The translations under genes and the position numbers were made by a program. The notes under the pieces were generated by a model that worked only from the letters and a program-made list of their open reading frames with translations, was not told where the DNA came from and ran no database searches. From contig CAXXVL010000002.1 in NCBI GenBank assembly GCA_963667845.2, forward strand, positions 928,001 to 992,000: a stretch of DNA of 64,000 nt, written 5' to 3'. Of the stretch, positions 41,987 through 52,742 are shown piece after piece; the first letter of the stretch is position 1; the number at the start of each line of letters is the position of its first letter. This DNA is from Smithellaceae bacterium. Its GTDB lineage: Bacteria > Desulfobacterota > Syntrophia > Syntrophales > Smithellaceae.

Positions 41987-42981
41987 AAGCAGGAACTAAC
42001 ATCGGCATCTCCCTGATCCTGGTTATCGTCGTGATGGCGCTGCCTGCGGTTCTGTATGCCGCCGGCTGGACCGGCCTTCTGGCCTACATTGTGCCCGGCA
42101 TCGCTCTTGCCATTTTTTTAATCGGCTGCATCCGGCGTATTTTGTTGTGGGGCAAATCGCCGGTTCCTTTCCGCATCCCCACAACGAGCGGCCAGGAAAA
42201 ATCGCTGCCCTGGATCAAGCGAAGCCCCTTGGAAAACCCGGCTGGTATCCCCGGTGTCATCGGCCGGATGGCCTTGGAAATTTTGCTCTTCCGGTCACTT
42301 TTTCGCAATTGCGACATGGAGATCGTTGATGGAAGGCCGGTTTACGGCAGCGCCAATTGGCTGTGGTTTTTCGGCCTGCTCTTCCACGGTTCGCTGCTTG
42401 TGATCATCCTGCGCCATCTGCGCTTCTTTACCGAACCCATCCTTCCCGGCATTGCCATCCTTTCGGCCGTGGACGGCTTTCTGGAGTTGGCCATCCCGAC
42501 CCTGTATCTGAGCGACATGACGCTCCTTGCGGCCGCCGTTTTCCTGCTCGTCAGAAGGATGGTCAGTGCTCCGCTTCGCTACATCTCGCAGGTCTCGGAT
42601 TACTTTGCCCTGCTGCTGATCCTGGCCATTGCCGCGTCGGGCCTCTGGATGCGTCACATCCAGCCCACGGATCTGGAGCAGGTCAAAGCACTGGTCATGG
42701 GATGGGTAAGCCTCTCCCCTGTTTCACCTGAAGGCCTGAGCATCGTCTTTTTTATTCATTTATTTTTAATCTGCGTTCTTCTGGCCTGGTTTCCCGCAAG
42801 CAAGCTCATGCATGCAGGCGGCGTCTTTCTCAGCCCGACGCGCAATCAACCCAACGACAGCCGCAATCAAAGACATATCAATCCATGGAATGGGCCCGTA
42901 TCGGTCCATACCTATGAAGAATACGAAAACGAGTTTCGCGATAAGATGAAGGCCGCGGGATTGCCCGTGGAAAAGGAGTAA
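41977..42981 (+). CDS. dsrM: DsrM membrane cytochrome b subunit
   Basis: W.KSPVPFRIPTT.GQ.KSLPWIK, RMALEILLFRSLFRN, RHLRFF.EP, FP.SKLMHAGGVFLSPTRN, H.NPWN; start 41977 or 41983. Confidence 0.95.
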   Translation: MALKAGTNIGISLILVIVVMALPAVLYAAGWTGLLAYIVPGIALAIFLIGCIRRILLWGKSPVPFRIPTTSGQEKSLPWIKRSPLENPAGIPGVIGRMALEILLFRSLFRNCDMEIVDGRPVYGSANWLWFFGLLFHGSLLVIILRHLRFFTEPILPGIAILSAVDGFLELAIPTLYLSDMTLLAAAVFLLVRRMVSAPLRYISQVSDYFALLLILAIAASGLWMRHIQPTDLEQVKALVMGWVSLSPVSPEGLSIVFFIHLFLICVLLAWFPASKLMHAGGVFLSPTRNQPNDSRNQRHINPWNGPVSVHTYEEYENEFRDKMKAAGLPVEKE

Positions 42982-42983
42982 CC

Positions 42984-44591
42984 GTGGCGCACTTGAAGAT
43001 TCCCAAACCGGATGAACTCATCAAAATCAACTTTGTGCCGCCCCGGACCTCATGGATGGATACCCCGGTCGATTTCCGGCCGGGAACCTGGAGCTACAGC
43101 GGGGGCGCAAAAAGCCTGACGCTTCTGGATCTCCCGAATCCACGCGCGTGGCAGCCGGCCGACGGCGACTGGAAACTGCCCGCTAACTGGAAAGAGATCA
43201 TCATCGAAGGTATGCGGGAGCGCCTGGAAAAATACCGTTCCTTCCGCCTCTTCATGGACATCTGCGTCCGGTGCGGCGCCTGTGCAGACAAATGCCATTT
43301 TTACATGGGTTCGGGTGATCCTAAAAACATGCCGGTCCTGCGGGCCGAACTCCTGCGTTCCGTTTACCGCCGCTACTTTACGACGGCCGGAAAACTTTTC
43401 GGCAGACTGGCCGGCGCCCGCGATCTGACCGAGGATGTCCTCAAGGAGTGGTTCTATTACTTCTACCAGTGTACCGAGTGCCGCCGCTGTTCCGTCTTCT
43501 GTCCCTACGGCATCGATCAGGCGGAAATCACGATGATGGGCCGGGAACTCTTGAACCTCGTGGGCTGTAATATCAACTGGGTCATCGAGCCTGCGGCCAA
43601 CTGCTTCCGCACCGGCAATCACCTGGGCATCCAGCCGGGCGGCATTAAGGATATGTTGGAGTTCATGGCCGATGATATCTTCGACCGCACGGGAGTCCGC
43701 GTCGATGTTCCACTGAATAAAAAAGGCGCCGATATTCTCTTTATCACGCCATCGGGTGATTTCTTCGCCGACCCGGGGACATATACGTGCATGGGTTACA
43801 TGATGCTCTTCCATGAGATCGGCCTCAATTATACCTTCAGCACTTACGCCTCCGAAGGCGGTAATTTCGGCCTGTTCACCTCCGCGGAAATGGTGAAAAG
43901 GCTCAATGCCAAAATGTATGCCGAAGCCAGGCGCCTGGGCGTCAAATGGATCCTGGGCGGCGAATGCGGACACATGTGGCGGGTGATCCATCAGTATATG
44001 GATACCATGAACGGCCCCGCGGATTTTCTCGAAGAACCCGTCTCTCCCATCACCGGCACTCGTTTTGAAAACGCGAAATCGACCAGAATGGTCCACATTG
44101 CCGAGTTCACTGCTGATCTGATCAAGCACGGGAAGCTGCGTCTCGACCCGGGCCGCAATGATCATCTTCGAGTGACGTACCATGATTCCTGCAATCCGGC
44201 GCGCGCCATGGGACTTCTGGAAGAACCACGGTACATCATCAAACAATCATGCAACCATTTTTATGAAATGGCGGAAGACACCATTCGGGAAAAGACTCTT
44301 TGCTGCGGTTCCGGGGCGGGTCTGGGAAATGAAGAAAATCTGGAGATGCGCATGCGCGGCGGAATGCCGCGGGCCATGGCCGTGAAGGCCGTCGCAGAGA
44401 AATACGGAGTCAACCGCCTGGCCTGCATGTGCGCCATCGACCGGGCCACTCTCACCACGCTCATGGATTACTGGGTGCCAGGCGTGGGCGTTATGGGCGT
44501 TCATGAGCTTCTGGGCAATGCCCTGGTGATGAAGGGTGAAAAAGAAAGAACCGTCGATCTGCGCGGGGATGAGATGGTGGATAGTGGATAG
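42984..44591 (+). CDS. dsrK: DsrK Fe-S catalytic subunit
   Basis: CVRCGACADKCH, DPKNMPVLRAELLRSVYR, CTECRRCSVFCPYGID, YASEGGNFG, GECGHMWR, HDSCN, CAIDRATL. Confidence 0.97.
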   Translation: MAHLKIPKPDELIKINFVPPRTSWMDTPVDFRPGTWSYSGGAKSLTLLDLPNPRAWQPADGDWKLPANWKEIIIEGMRERLEKYRSFRLFMDICVRCGACADKCHFYMGSGDPKNMPVLRAELLRSVYRRYFTTAGKLFGRLAGARDLTEDVLKEWFYYFYQCTECRRCSVFCPYGIDQAEITMMGRELLNLVGCNINWVIEPAANCFRTGNHLGIQPGGIKDMLEFMADDIFDRTGVRVDVPLNKKGADILFITPSGDFFADPGTYTCMGYMMLFHEIGLNYTFSTYASEGGNFGLFTSAEMVKRLNAKMYAEARRLGVKWILGGECGHMWRVIHQYMDTMNGPADFLEEPVSPITGTRFENAKSTRMVHIAEFTADLIKHGKLRLDPGRNDHLRVTYHDSCNPARAMGLLEEPRYIIKQSCNHFYEMAEDTIREKTLCCGSGAGLGNEENLEMRMRGGMPRAMAVKAVAEKYGVNRLACMCAIDRATLTTLMDYWVPGVGVMGVHELLGNALVMKGEKERTVDLRGDEMVDSG

Positions 44592-44662
44592 TGAATAATG
44601 AATAATGAATGGATCCGTAGGGTATGGCTTGTGACCTTCAGGTTATCGCGACCTTTCCCTAC
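44578..44662. repeat. Heptamer tandem repeats plus GTAG...CTAC REP-like element between dsrK and dsrJ
   Basis: TGGATAG x2, TGAATAA x2, then GTAGGGTATGGCTTGTGACCTTCAGGTTATCGCGACCTTTCCCTAC (44617-44662). Confidence 0.7.
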
Positions 44663-44680
44663 ACAGTGGATATTGAGAAT

Positions 44681-45082
44681 ATGAAGAAGAATAAATGGGG
44701 TTTAATCATATTAGGACTCGTAATCTTTCTTGTCGGGATCACTTTCCCCTTTTGGTACGGCAAAGGGAAAATATCCCGTCCGCCCGTATTGAGTCTTGAT
44801 ACTCCTGCTATTGCGGCGCTTTCGGAAAAGCGCTGTATCGAAGACAAGGCCTTCATGAGGACCAATCATATGAAGCTTCTGGGCGAATGGAGAGATCAGG
44901 CAGTCCGGGAGGGTAACCATCGCTACGTCGCTAAAAACGGAAAGACCTATGAGATCGGGCTCACGGGCACCTGCCTTATGTGCCATAGCAACAAAGAACA
45001 GTTTTGCGACCGGTGTCACAACTATGTGGGCGCGAAGCCCGCATGCTTTGGCTGCCACGTCGTTCCCGAAGAGGTGAAATAA
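44681..45082 (+). CDS. dsrJ: Triheme cytochrome c DsrJ
   Basis: N-terminal TM, PFWY, MR.NHM.LL..WRD..VREG, three CxxCH (CLMCH, CDRCH, CFGCH); ORF-track start 44624 lies inside a REP. Confidence 0.95.
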   Translation: MKKNKWGLIILGLVIFLVGITFPFWYGKGKISRPPVLSLDTPAIAALSEKRCIEDKAFMRTNHMKLLGEWRDQAVREGNHRYVAKNGKTYEIGLTGTCLMCHSNKEQFCDRCHNYVGAKPACFGCHVVPEEVK

Positions 45083-45873
45083 TGGAATCGAGTCGCAGGG
45101 ATTTTTTAAAAACAGCAGGTGCATCCGCCCTGGCTTTGGTCCTGCCCCAGGCCCTGATTCTGCCCCAGGCGCTGGCCGCAGGCCCTGAAGCGGGACGAAA
45201 ATTGGCACCGCTCACGGGAACCGGGCCTGCGCTTGCCGCCAAGCGCTGGGCGATGGCTGTCGATGGAAGCAGATGCCCGGCCTCGTGCACCGATTGCATC
45301 GATGCCTGCCATACGGTTCACAACGTTCCCGATTTCGGCAATCCCAAAGATGAAATCAAATGGATCTGGCACGAGGAGTTCCCCCGCATTTTTCCCGAGG
45401 AGAATCATTCCTATCTGCCCCCCAAAGCCCGCTCCATGAGACCGCTCGTTTTGTGCAATCACTGCACCAATCCGCCCTGCGTCCGCGTCTGTCCCACTAA
45501 GGCGACTTTCCGCAGGGAAGACGGCATTGTCATGATGGATTACCATCGCTGCATCGGCTGCCGCTTTTGTATGGCCGGCTGTCCCTACGGAGCCCGGAGC
45601 ATGAATTATCGCGACCCCCGGCCGAAGATCAAAAAGATCACACCCGATTTTCCCACACGCACCAGAGGTGTTGTGGAGAAATGCAACTTCTGCGAGGAGC
45701 GGCTGGCCAAAGGCATACTGCCTGCCTGCGTTCTGGCTTGTAAAGAGAAGGCTCTGATTTTCGGCGATCTGGAAAATCCGCAATCGGAAATACGGACCTT
45801 CATCCAAAACCGTTTCACCCTGCGCAGAGGACCCATCCTCGGGACCGAACCCCAGATCTATTATAGTTTATGA
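45082..45873 (+). CDS. dsrO: Periplasmic Fe-S protein DsrO
   Basis: Tat motif SRRDFLK, CNHC.NPPCVRVCPT, HRCIGCRFCMAGCPYG, VEKC.FC.ER. Confidence 0.96.
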   Translation: MESSRRDFLKTAGASALALVLPQALILPQALAAGPEAGRKLAPLTGTGPALAAKRWAMAVDGSRCPASCTDCIDACHTVHNVPDFGNPKDEIKWIWHEEFPRIFPEENHSYLPPKARSMRPLVLCNHCTNPPCVRVCPTKATFRREDGIVMMDYHRCIGCRFCMAGCPYGARSMNYRDPRPKIKKITPDFPTRTRGVVEKCNFCEERLAKGILPACVLACKEKALIFGDLENPQSEIRTFIQNRFTLRRGPILGTEPQIYYSL

Positions 45874-45880
45874 GGCTTGT

Positions 45881-47083
45881 ATGCTGGAAAAAGCGCTGAG
45901 AGGAAAATGGCCATACTGGATTTGGATCCTGTTTTTGCTGGCTGTCATTGGCACTGGCTTCTTATGCTACCTGGTCCAGTTGGATCAAGGCCTGGGAATT
46001 ACGGGTATGAGCCGCAACGTCAGCTGGGGGCTTTATATCGCTCAGTTTACGTTTCTGGTCGGCATTGCCGCCTCGGCCGTTATGGTCGTCCTGCCTTATT
46101 ATCTGCATGACTACAAAGCCTTCGGACGGATCACCGTGCTGGGCGAATTCCTGGCTGTATCCGCCGTCATCATGTGCGTGGCCTTCGTTTTTGCCGATCT
46201 GGGCCGGCCGGAACGGGTGATGAACGTCATCCTTCATCCCTCGCCAACTTCCATTCTATTCTGGGACATGATTGTTCTGTCCGGTTATCTGCTGATCAAT
46301 CTCATCACCGGCTGGGCGGTTCTTGCCGCCAATGGCAAGGGGATCGCGCCGCCTGCCTGGGTCAAGCCCCTGATCATCGTGTCCATTCCCTGGGCGATCA
46401 GCATCCACACCGTCACTGCTTTTATCTACGCCGGCCTTCCCGGACGCAGCTTCTGGCTCACGGCGATTATGGCCCCCCGGTTTCTGGCCTCCGCTTTTGC
46501 GTCGGGTCCGGCCCTGCTGATTATCTTTTGCCTGATCCTGAAGCATACCGGCTCATTTGATGCGGGCGCCAAGGCCATTCGGACGCTTTCCCGGATCGTC
46601 GCCTATGCCTTGGCGGCGAGCATCTTTTTTGTCGCCGTAGAACTCTTCACTGCCTTCTACAGCGGAATTCCGGAGCACGGCCTGCCTTTCCGCTATCTGT
46701 TTACGGGACTGGAAGGCCATACAAACCTCGTCGCATGGATGTGGACGTCGGTGCTGCTGGCTTTTTCGGCCCTGGTCGTATTGCTTCTCCCGCACACGAC
46801 GAAAAGGGACTGGCTTTTGGCTCTGGCCTGCGCTGCCGTTTTTGTCTCGCTATGGATCGAGAAAGGACTGGGTCTTGTCGTGACTGGCTTTATCCCGTCG
46901 CCGCTTGCGCATATAACCGAATACACGCCGACAGCCTTGGAGATCGGCATCACGCTGGGCGTCTGGGCCGGGGGATTCTTGATCCTGACGATCCTTTACC
47001 GGATTTTCATTGCCGTTCGCAGCACTTCGGGCGAGAACATGATTTCTCCCGCCGTTGAGAAAGAAGCGGGGCACGGTTTGTGA
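45881..47083 (+). CDS. dsrP: NrfD-family membrane subunit DsrP
   Basis: GLGITGMSR.VSWGLYIAQFTFLVG.AAS, DLG.P.R, SIPWA.SIHTVTAF, APRFLASAF.SGP. Confidence 0.96.
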   Translation: MLEKALRGKWPYWIWILFLLAVIGTGFLCYLVQLDQGLGITGMSRNVSWGLYIAQFTFLVGIAASAVMVVLPYYLHDYKAFGRITVLGEFLAVSAVIMCVAFVFADLGRPERVMNVILHPSPTSILFWDMIVLSGYLLINLITGWAVLAANGKGIAPPAWVKPLIIVSIPWAISIHTVTAFIYAGLPGRSFWLTAIMAPRFLASAFASGPALLIIFCLILKHTGSFDAGAKAIRTLSRIVAYALAASIFFVAVELFTAFYSGIPEHGLPFRYLFTGLEGHTNLVAWMWTSVLLAFSALVVLLLPHTTKRDWLLALACAAVFVSLWIEKGLGLVVTGFIPSPLAHITEYTPTALEIGITLGVWAGGFLILTILYRIFIAVRSTSGENMISPAVEKEAGHGL

Positions 47084-48279
47084 AAATTCTGGTCCTTAAT
47101 TGCGGCAGTTCCTCTTTAAAGTATCAGCTTTTCGATATGCCGGCAGGCGCTGTCCTGGCGGGTGGTCAGGCAGACCGCATCGGCCAGACCGAAGCTTTGT
47201 TTCGCCATGACGTAAAAGAGCGAGAGACTTTTCTGGATAAAACGCTGCTAAGCAATCATAACGAGGCCGTGCAGGCCCTGTTGACATTTCTGGTGGACGA
47301 CCGGCGGGGAATTCTGGCGGATATGAGCGAGATCGGCGGCGTTGGGCATCGGGTGGTTCACGGTGGCGAACATTTCCGAACGTCCGTCGTCGTTGATGCC
47401 GCGACGCGGCAGATCCTCGAGTCAACCAAAAAGCTCGCGCCGCTGCACAACCCGCCGAACCTCATGGGCGTGGATGTCTGCACCGCGCTGATGCCCGGCG
47501 TGCCGCAGGTGGCCGTTTTCGATACGGCCTTTCACCAGACCATGCCCGCGCATGCCTTCACGTACGCCATCCCTTACCGGTATTACACAGAAGACCATGT
47601 CCGCCGCTATGGCTTCCATGGCACATCGCACCGGTATGTCGCCCGCCGCACGGCAGCGCTCCTGCGAGAGACAACAGCAACACCGAAAATCATTACCTGT
47701 CATCTCGGCGCCGGCTCCAGCCTCTGCGCTGTGGCCGGGGATAAATCGATGGATACTTCCATGGGCTTCACTCCGCTGTCCGGCCTGGTCATGGGCACGC
47801 GCTCGGGCGATATCGATCCGGCGATCGTCTCCTTCATCATGGAAAAGGAAGGCTGCTCTATGGCCGGCGTTATGGAAATCCTCAACCGGCAAAGCGGTGT
47901 GCTGGGAATTTCCGGTGTGTCCCCCGACTTCCGCGACCTGGAAAAAGCAGCCGCGGAGGGTCATGAGCGCGCGCGCCTGGCGCTGGCCGTTTTCGCCTAC
48001 AGCGTGGCCCGGGGTGTGGGCTCGCTGATTCCGGCGATCGACGGATTGGACGCCCTGGCCTTCACGGCGGGGATCGGTGAGCATTCGCCGCAAATGCGGC
48101 GGCGGATCTCAGGCTTCTTGTCCTGGCTGGGCATTGTCCTGGATGAAGATAAAAATAGCGACGGCGACGACGAAAGGGTCATCTCCGCGCGGGAATCAAA
48201 AATCAACGTTTTAGTTGTATCGACGGATGAAGAAAAAATGATCGCCGAGGAGTCCTGGGCGGTTTTACGGAAACAATGA
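47080..48279 (+). CDS. ackA: Acetate kinase
   Basis: [67 protein letters not shown] overlap with dsrP stop. Confidence 0.97.
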   Translation: MKILVLNCGSSSLKYQLFDMPAGAVLAGGQADRIGQTEALFRHDVKERETFLDKTLLSNHNEAVQALLTFLVDDRRGILADMSEIGGVGHRVVHGGEHFRTSVVVDAATRQILESTKKLAPLHNPPNLMGVDVCTALMPGVPQVAVFDTAFHQTMPAHAFTYAIPYRYYTEDHVRRYGFHGTSHRYVARRTAALLRETTATPKIITCHLGAGSSLCAVAGDKSMDTSMGFTPLSGLVMGTRSGDIDPAIVSFIMEKEGCSMAGVMEILNRQSGVLGISGVSPDFRDLEKAAAEGHERARLALAVFAYSVARGVGSLIPAIDGLDALAFTAGIGEHSPQMRRRISGFLSWLGIVLDEDKNSDGDDERVISARESKINVLVVSTDEEKMIAEESWAVLRKQ

Positions 48280-48344
48280 AACGGGTCGAGAGCGACCACG
48301 TTTTTCAACCATTCAACAATGAATCGATATTGGAGGTAATCAAA

Positions 48345-50108
48345 ATGAAAAAAGTTAAAATGACACCCAGCGAAGCTATCGTTGAAACGCTGCTTGCAGA
48401 AGGCGTGGACCATGTTTGCGGCATCGTCGGATCTGCATTTATGGACATGCTGGACTTGTTCCCGACGGCCGGGATCAAATTCATCCCCGTTCGTCATGAA
48501 CAGAGCGCCGCCCATATGGAAGACGCTTACAGCCGCATCTCGGGGCGTTGCGGTGTCGTCACGGGCCAGAACGGCCCCGGTATTACGAACATGGTCACAT
48601 CGGTTGCCGCGGCCAACATGGGCCATACACCTTTGGTGATTATTTCACCCTCGGCGGGAACACCCACGATCGGCTGGGACGGTTTCCAGGAGTGCGACCA
48701 GATGTCCGTCTTCCGATCCGTCACGAAAGCCATTGTCCGCGTCCCCCATCCCAAACGGGCAGCCGATTGCCTGCGCACGGCCTTCCGTATCGCCTATGCG
48801 GACCGGGGCGCCGTCTTGTATGATATTCCCCGCGACTACTTCTACGGTGAGCTGGAGGAGAAAATCCTGAAACCATCCCAGTACCGGGTTGACGCCCGGG
48901 GCTGCGGATCCATGGAACAACTGGACCGGGCGGCTGAGCTGCTCGCCTCTGCCAAAAATCCCGTTATCGTCTCCGGCCGCGGTGTCGTGGATGCCGACGC
49001 GCTCGATATCGTCAAGGCCATCGCCGAACACCTGACAGCGCCCGTTGCCGTGACCTATCTCCACAATGATGCCTTCTACGGAAACCATCCGCTTTCTGTC
49101 GGCCCGATCGGCTATATGGGCTCGAAAGCAGCCATGAAGACGCTGGCCAAGGCCGACGTCATGCTGGCCATTGGGACGCGGCTCTCTGTTTTCGGGACGC
49201 TGCCCCAGTACGACATCAATTACTTTCCGGAGAATGCGAAGATCATCCAGATTGACATCAATCCCAAGCACATCGCCCGGACCCACCCCATCGAGGTGGG
49301 CATCATCGGCGACGCGAAAGAGGCCACGGTGGAAATCCTGAAACGCCTCAAGGCCGCGGACGGGAAACGAAAACCGGATGAGAAACGTCTCGCTGCGGTA
49401 GCGAAAGAAAAGAAAATCTGGGAAAAAGAAATTGTCGGTCTGGCCATGGTGGACGGCAATCCTATCAACCCCCGCCGGGTCCTGCTGGAAATCTCCAGGG
49501 CTCTTCCGGATGATGCCATTGTCACAACGGATATCGGAAACGTTGCCTCCACGGCCAACAGCTATCTCAAGTTCAACCAGTCCCGCCGTCATATCGCCGC
49601 GCTCACCTTCGGCAACACGGGTTTTGCCTACCCCGCGGCCCTCGGGGCGCAGCTCGCCAAGCCCAAAGCACCGGTCATTGCCATCATCGGCGACGGGGCA
49701 TGGGGGATGAGTCTCCACGAAGTCAGTACCGCCGTGGAGCACAACCTGCCCGTCATCGCCTGCGTCTTCCGGAATATGTGGTGGGGCGCCGAAGCCAAAA
49801 ACCAGGTGGACTTCTACAACAACCGTTTTGTCGGTGTTGACATTCCCAATCCGGAGAGCTTCGTCCCTGTCGCGAAGGCGATGGGCGCCAATGGGATGCA
49901 GGTCAGCAAACCGGAGGATATCCGGAAGGCCTTTGAAACCTGCCTGAAAAGCCGCAAGCCTACGGTCCTGGAATTTTTAGTAGACGGCAAGCAGCTCGCG
50001 CCGCCTTTCCGGAAAGATGCCCTGGCTTTGCCGACACGCTTTCTGCCCAAGTACGCTCATCTGGATCATCGCAACTGGTATGATGAAGGAGGAGCAGATG
50101 ATTTATAA
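48345..50108 (+). CDS. xsc: Sulfoacetaldehyde acetyltransferase (ThDP-dependent)
   Basis: Xsc-typical N-terminus KMTPSEA.VE.L..EGV...[90 protein letters not shown]. Confidence 0.92.
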   Translation: MKKVKMTPSEAIVETLLAEGVDHVCGIVGSAFMDMLDLFPTAGIKFIPVRHEQSAAHMEDAYSRISGRCGVVTGQNGPGITNMVTSVAAANMGHTPLVIISPSAGTPTIGWDGFQECDQMSVFRSVTKAIVRVPHPKRAADCLRTAFRIAYADRGAVLYDIPRDYFYGELEEKILKPSQYRVDARGCGSMEQLDRAAELLASAKNPVIVSGRGVVDADALDIVKAIAEHLTAPVAVTYLHNDAFYGNHPLSVGPIGYMGSKAAMKTLAKADVMLAIGTRLSVFGTLPQYDINYFPENAKIIQIDINPKHIARTHPIEVGIIGDAKEATVEILKRLKAADGKRKPDEKRLAAVAKEKKIWEKEIVGLAMVDGNPINPRRVLLEISRALPDDAIVTTDIGNVASTANSYLKFNQSRRHIAALTFGNTGFAYPAALGAQLAKPKAPVIAIIGDGAWGMSLHEVSTAVEHNLPVIACVFRNMWWGAEAKNQVDFYNNRFVGVDIPNPESFVPVAKAMGANGMQVSKPEDIRKAFETCLKSRKPTVLEFLVDGKQLAPPFRKDALALPTRFLPKYAHLDHRNWYDEGGADDL

Positions 50109-50937
50109 TGATTTGAAAGAAAAGACGGCCATCGTTACGGGAGCCGGCAAGAAGACGGGCATTGGCTATGCGATTGCCGAAAAGCTGGCCGCCTGCGGAT
50201 GTAATGTCATTATCGCCGATCTGGGGAAACCTCCGGTGCCGGGAGAATCGCTCAGGTCCGCGACGAGCGACGAGATGACGGCTATCGCCACCGAGCTGGC
50301 CAAAACGTACGGCGTGAAAACGTTGGCCGTATCCGTTGACGTGACGGATAACCAGGCTATCGGTGCCATGGTGGATGAGATCAAGGGCAGCTTCGACCAT
50401 ATAGACATCCTCTGCAACAACGCGGGGGCGTCTTTCGGCGTGCCCAATACTGTGCTGGGTTACGACGAAGCGGCCTGGATCAGAACAATCGACGTAAATT
50501 TATTTTCCGTCTTCCGCATCTCGCGTGCCGTCGCCCCGCTCATGGCGGGCAAACCCGCAGCAATTATCAATACGGCTTCGCGGGCCGGCAAGGTGCCCCC
50601 GATTTTTAACAGCGCGTACGCTGTAGCCAAAGCCGGCGTCATTATGCTGACCAAGACCATGGCCAAGGAGCTGGGTGGAAACGGTATCCGGGTCAACGCT
50701 ATCTGTCCGGGGCAAATCGCCACGGATCTGGAGAAGTGGCGCTTCGGACTGGAGGCGTCGTTTTTCGGCACGACGATTGAAGAACGGGAAAAGGAAATGT
50801 GCAAAACGATTCCGCTGGGCTACATCGGACCGCCTCGTGAAGTAGCCGATCTGGTGGCCTACCTCGCCTCGGAGGCCTCACGGTATATCACCGGACAGGC
50901 CATCAACGTCGATGGCGGACAGTGCATGGAATTATAA
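50098..50937 (+). CDS. Classical short-chain dehydrogenase/reductase
   Basis: VTGAG...[35 protein letters not shown]; start overlaps xsc 3' end; RBS AGGAGGAG. Confidence 0.93.
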   Translation: MIYNDLKEKTAIVTGAGKKTGIGYAIAEKLAACGCNVIIADLGKPPVPGESLRSATSDEMTAIATELAKTYGVKTLAVSVDVTDNQAIGAMVDEIKGSFDHIDILCNNAGASFGVPNTVLGYDEAAWIRTIDVNLFSVFRISRAVAPLMAGKPAAIINTASRAGKVPPIFNSAYAVAKAGVIMLTKTMAKELGGNGIRVNAICPGQIATDLEKWRFGLEASFFGTTIEEREKEMCKTIPLGYIGPPREVADLVAYLASEASRYITGQAINVDGGQCMEL

Positions 50938-50971
50938 AAACAATTTACCAGCTTTTAGGAGGAGATATATT

Positions 50972-52669
50972 ATGGACAATGTTATTGGCGGCAAACTCGT
51001 CGCGGATGCCCTGGTCGACCGGGGCGTGGATTACGTGTTTTCATTAAGTGGCGGGCACATTACGCCGATTTACCAGTATCTGGAGAATACGAGCGTCACT
51101 CTTTTTGACGTTCGCCATGAACAGGCGGCCGTCTTTATGGCCGAGGCCCAGGCCCGGATGAACCGAAAGCCTGCGGTGGCGATGGTTACGGCCGGCCCCG
51201 GATTCACCAATGCCTTGACCGGCATTGCCAGCGCGAGACTCTCCAACGCGCCGGTCATTTTAATTGCCGGCTGTGTGGGGACCGAAGCCACGGAAAAACT
51301 GGACCTGCAGGATATGACACAGCTGCCGGTCATCGAGCCGATGGTAAAGAAAGCCTTCGTCTGTCATGTTCCGGAACGCATCCCGGAATATATCGACATG
51401 GCCTTTCGCGCGGCCATGAGTGGCCGGCCGGGACCCGTTTACCTGGAATTTCCCTGCAACATCCTGAATGCCAAGGTGGACATGACGGCCGTCAAGAAGC
51501 CCAGCACAACGCTCGCCTCAAAGCCCGTCGACCGCGAGAACACCCTGAAGGTTGTCGAGTTGCTCAAGGCGGCCAAGAACCCGATCGTGATCGGCGGCAG
51601 CGGCCTGTGGTATTCGGATGCAGAGAAAGAGATCATCGAATTCGTGGAGAAGATCGGTATCCCGATTTATACGGCGGGCGCCGGCCGTGGCGTCATTCCC
51701 GATACGCATCCCCTTTGCTTTGAAGGCTCTCTGGCCATCCGTCCGGGCTCCGCGATGATTACGCTCATGACCACCGACCTTGTGCTCTTCCTGGGCGGGC
51801 GGTTAAGCCTCTTCTATATCTTTGGAGAAATTTTTCCGCAGACCGCGAAATTCATTCAGGTCGACATTGCCCCCGATGAAATCGGGCGTAACCGCACGAT
51901 TGATCTCGGTATCGTGAGCGACATCAAGTCGTTTCTCAAGGAGCTCAATTCCGACCTGGATGAACAAAAAATCGCCGACACGTTAAAGAAGCAATATCAG
52001 CCCTGGCTGGCTACCGTTCGTGCCGCGCATGATGCCGGCAAGAAGGAAGCGAAAGTCATGTGGGAATGCAAGACCCTGCCCATGCATCCCATGCGTCTGG
52101 CCAACGAAATCAATAAATTCATGGATCGGGAAGATGACATCGTCGTTGCCGACGGCGGCGACACATCCACCTGGATGGGCATGACGAGGACCGTCGTCAA
52201 AGGCGGGACGTATCTGGATTACGGACTTTACGGCTGTTTGGCCGTCGGCATCCCTTACGCCAATGCGGCCAAGCTCAAACATCCGGACAAGCGCGTTCTA
52301 CTCGTAATGGGCGACGGATCCGCGGGCTTTAACTTCATGGAGTTTCACACGGCCATCCGCAAGAAGCTGCCCATCGTGGTCGTCATCGCCAATGATGCGT
52401 CATGGGGAATGATCATGCACAGCCAGCAGTTGCGCCTGGGCCACAATATTCCCAACGGCACCGAGCTGGGCTGGGTGGATTACCACAAGATGGTGGAGGT
52501 CCTGGGCGGCTTCGGCGCCTGCGTTGAAAAACCGGAAGATATTCGGCCCGCGCTCGAAGCGGCGTTTGCCTCCGGAAAGACAGCCTGTATTAATGTCAAG
52601 GTCGATCCTTCAGTGATCAGCCCCGGCAGTGTCGCCCTGGCCAACCTTGGAGGATATAAATGTAATTGA
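50972..52669 (+). CDS. Second ThDP-dependent enzyme (IlvBL/HACL/benzaldehyde-lyase-like)
   Basis: VFSLSGGHI.PIY, DVRHEQAA, TAGPGFTN, GRPGPVYLE, ADGGD, YGCLAVG.PYA, GDGSAGF...N...WGMI. Confidence 0.88.
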   Translation: MDNVIGGKLVADALVDRGVDYVFSLSGGHITPIYQYLENTSVTLFDVRHEQAAVFMAEAQARMNRKPAVAMVTAGPGFTNALTGIASARLSNAPVILIAGCVGTEATEKLDLQDMTQLPVIEPMVKKAFVCHVPERIPEYIDMAFRAAMSGRPGPVYLEFPCNILNAKVDMTAVKKPSTTLASKPVDRENTLKVVELLKAAKNPIVIGGSGLWYSDAEKEIIEFVEKIGIPIYTAGAGRGVIPDTHPLCFEGSLAIRPGSAMITLMTTDLVLFLGGRLSLFYIFGEIFPQTAKFIQVDIAPDEIGRNRTIDLGIVSDIKSFLKELNSDLDEQKIADTLKKQYQPWLATVRAAHDAGKKEAKVMWECKTLPMHPMRLANEINKFMDREDDIVVADGGDTSTWMGMTRTVVKGGTYLDYGLYGCLAVGIPYANAAKLKHPDKRVLLVMGDGSAGFNFMEFHTAIRKKLPIVVVIANDASWGMIMHSQQLRLGHNIPNGTELGWVDYHKMVEVLGGFGACVEKPEDIRPALEAAFASGKTACINVKVDPSVISPGSVALANLGGYKCN

Positions 52670-52742
52670 AAAGCAATTTTCTGTCGCCGCTTTAAGGAAC
52701 GGTCCCCAAAGTTGAACTTTTCAAACGAGACAAGGAGTTCCT

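Noticed and set aside
44624..44680. N-terminal extension of DsrJ predicted by the ORF track
   Set aside because: The upstream ATG lies inside a REP-like palindrome; MKKNKWG at 44681 gives the normal membrane-anchored start.
34984..47083. Interpreting the dsr genes as reverse (sulfur-oxidising) Dsr
   Set aside because: dsrD is present, no dsrEFH or dsrL is seen in the window, and the link to sulfite-generating xsc fits the reductive direction.
48345..52669. Both ThDP enzymes as acetolactate synthase (ilvB)
   Set aside because: No ilvN/ilvC nearby; the first has Xsc-diagnostic motifs, and the second has the GGHI and GCL.VG motifs of the IlvBL/HACL-like group.
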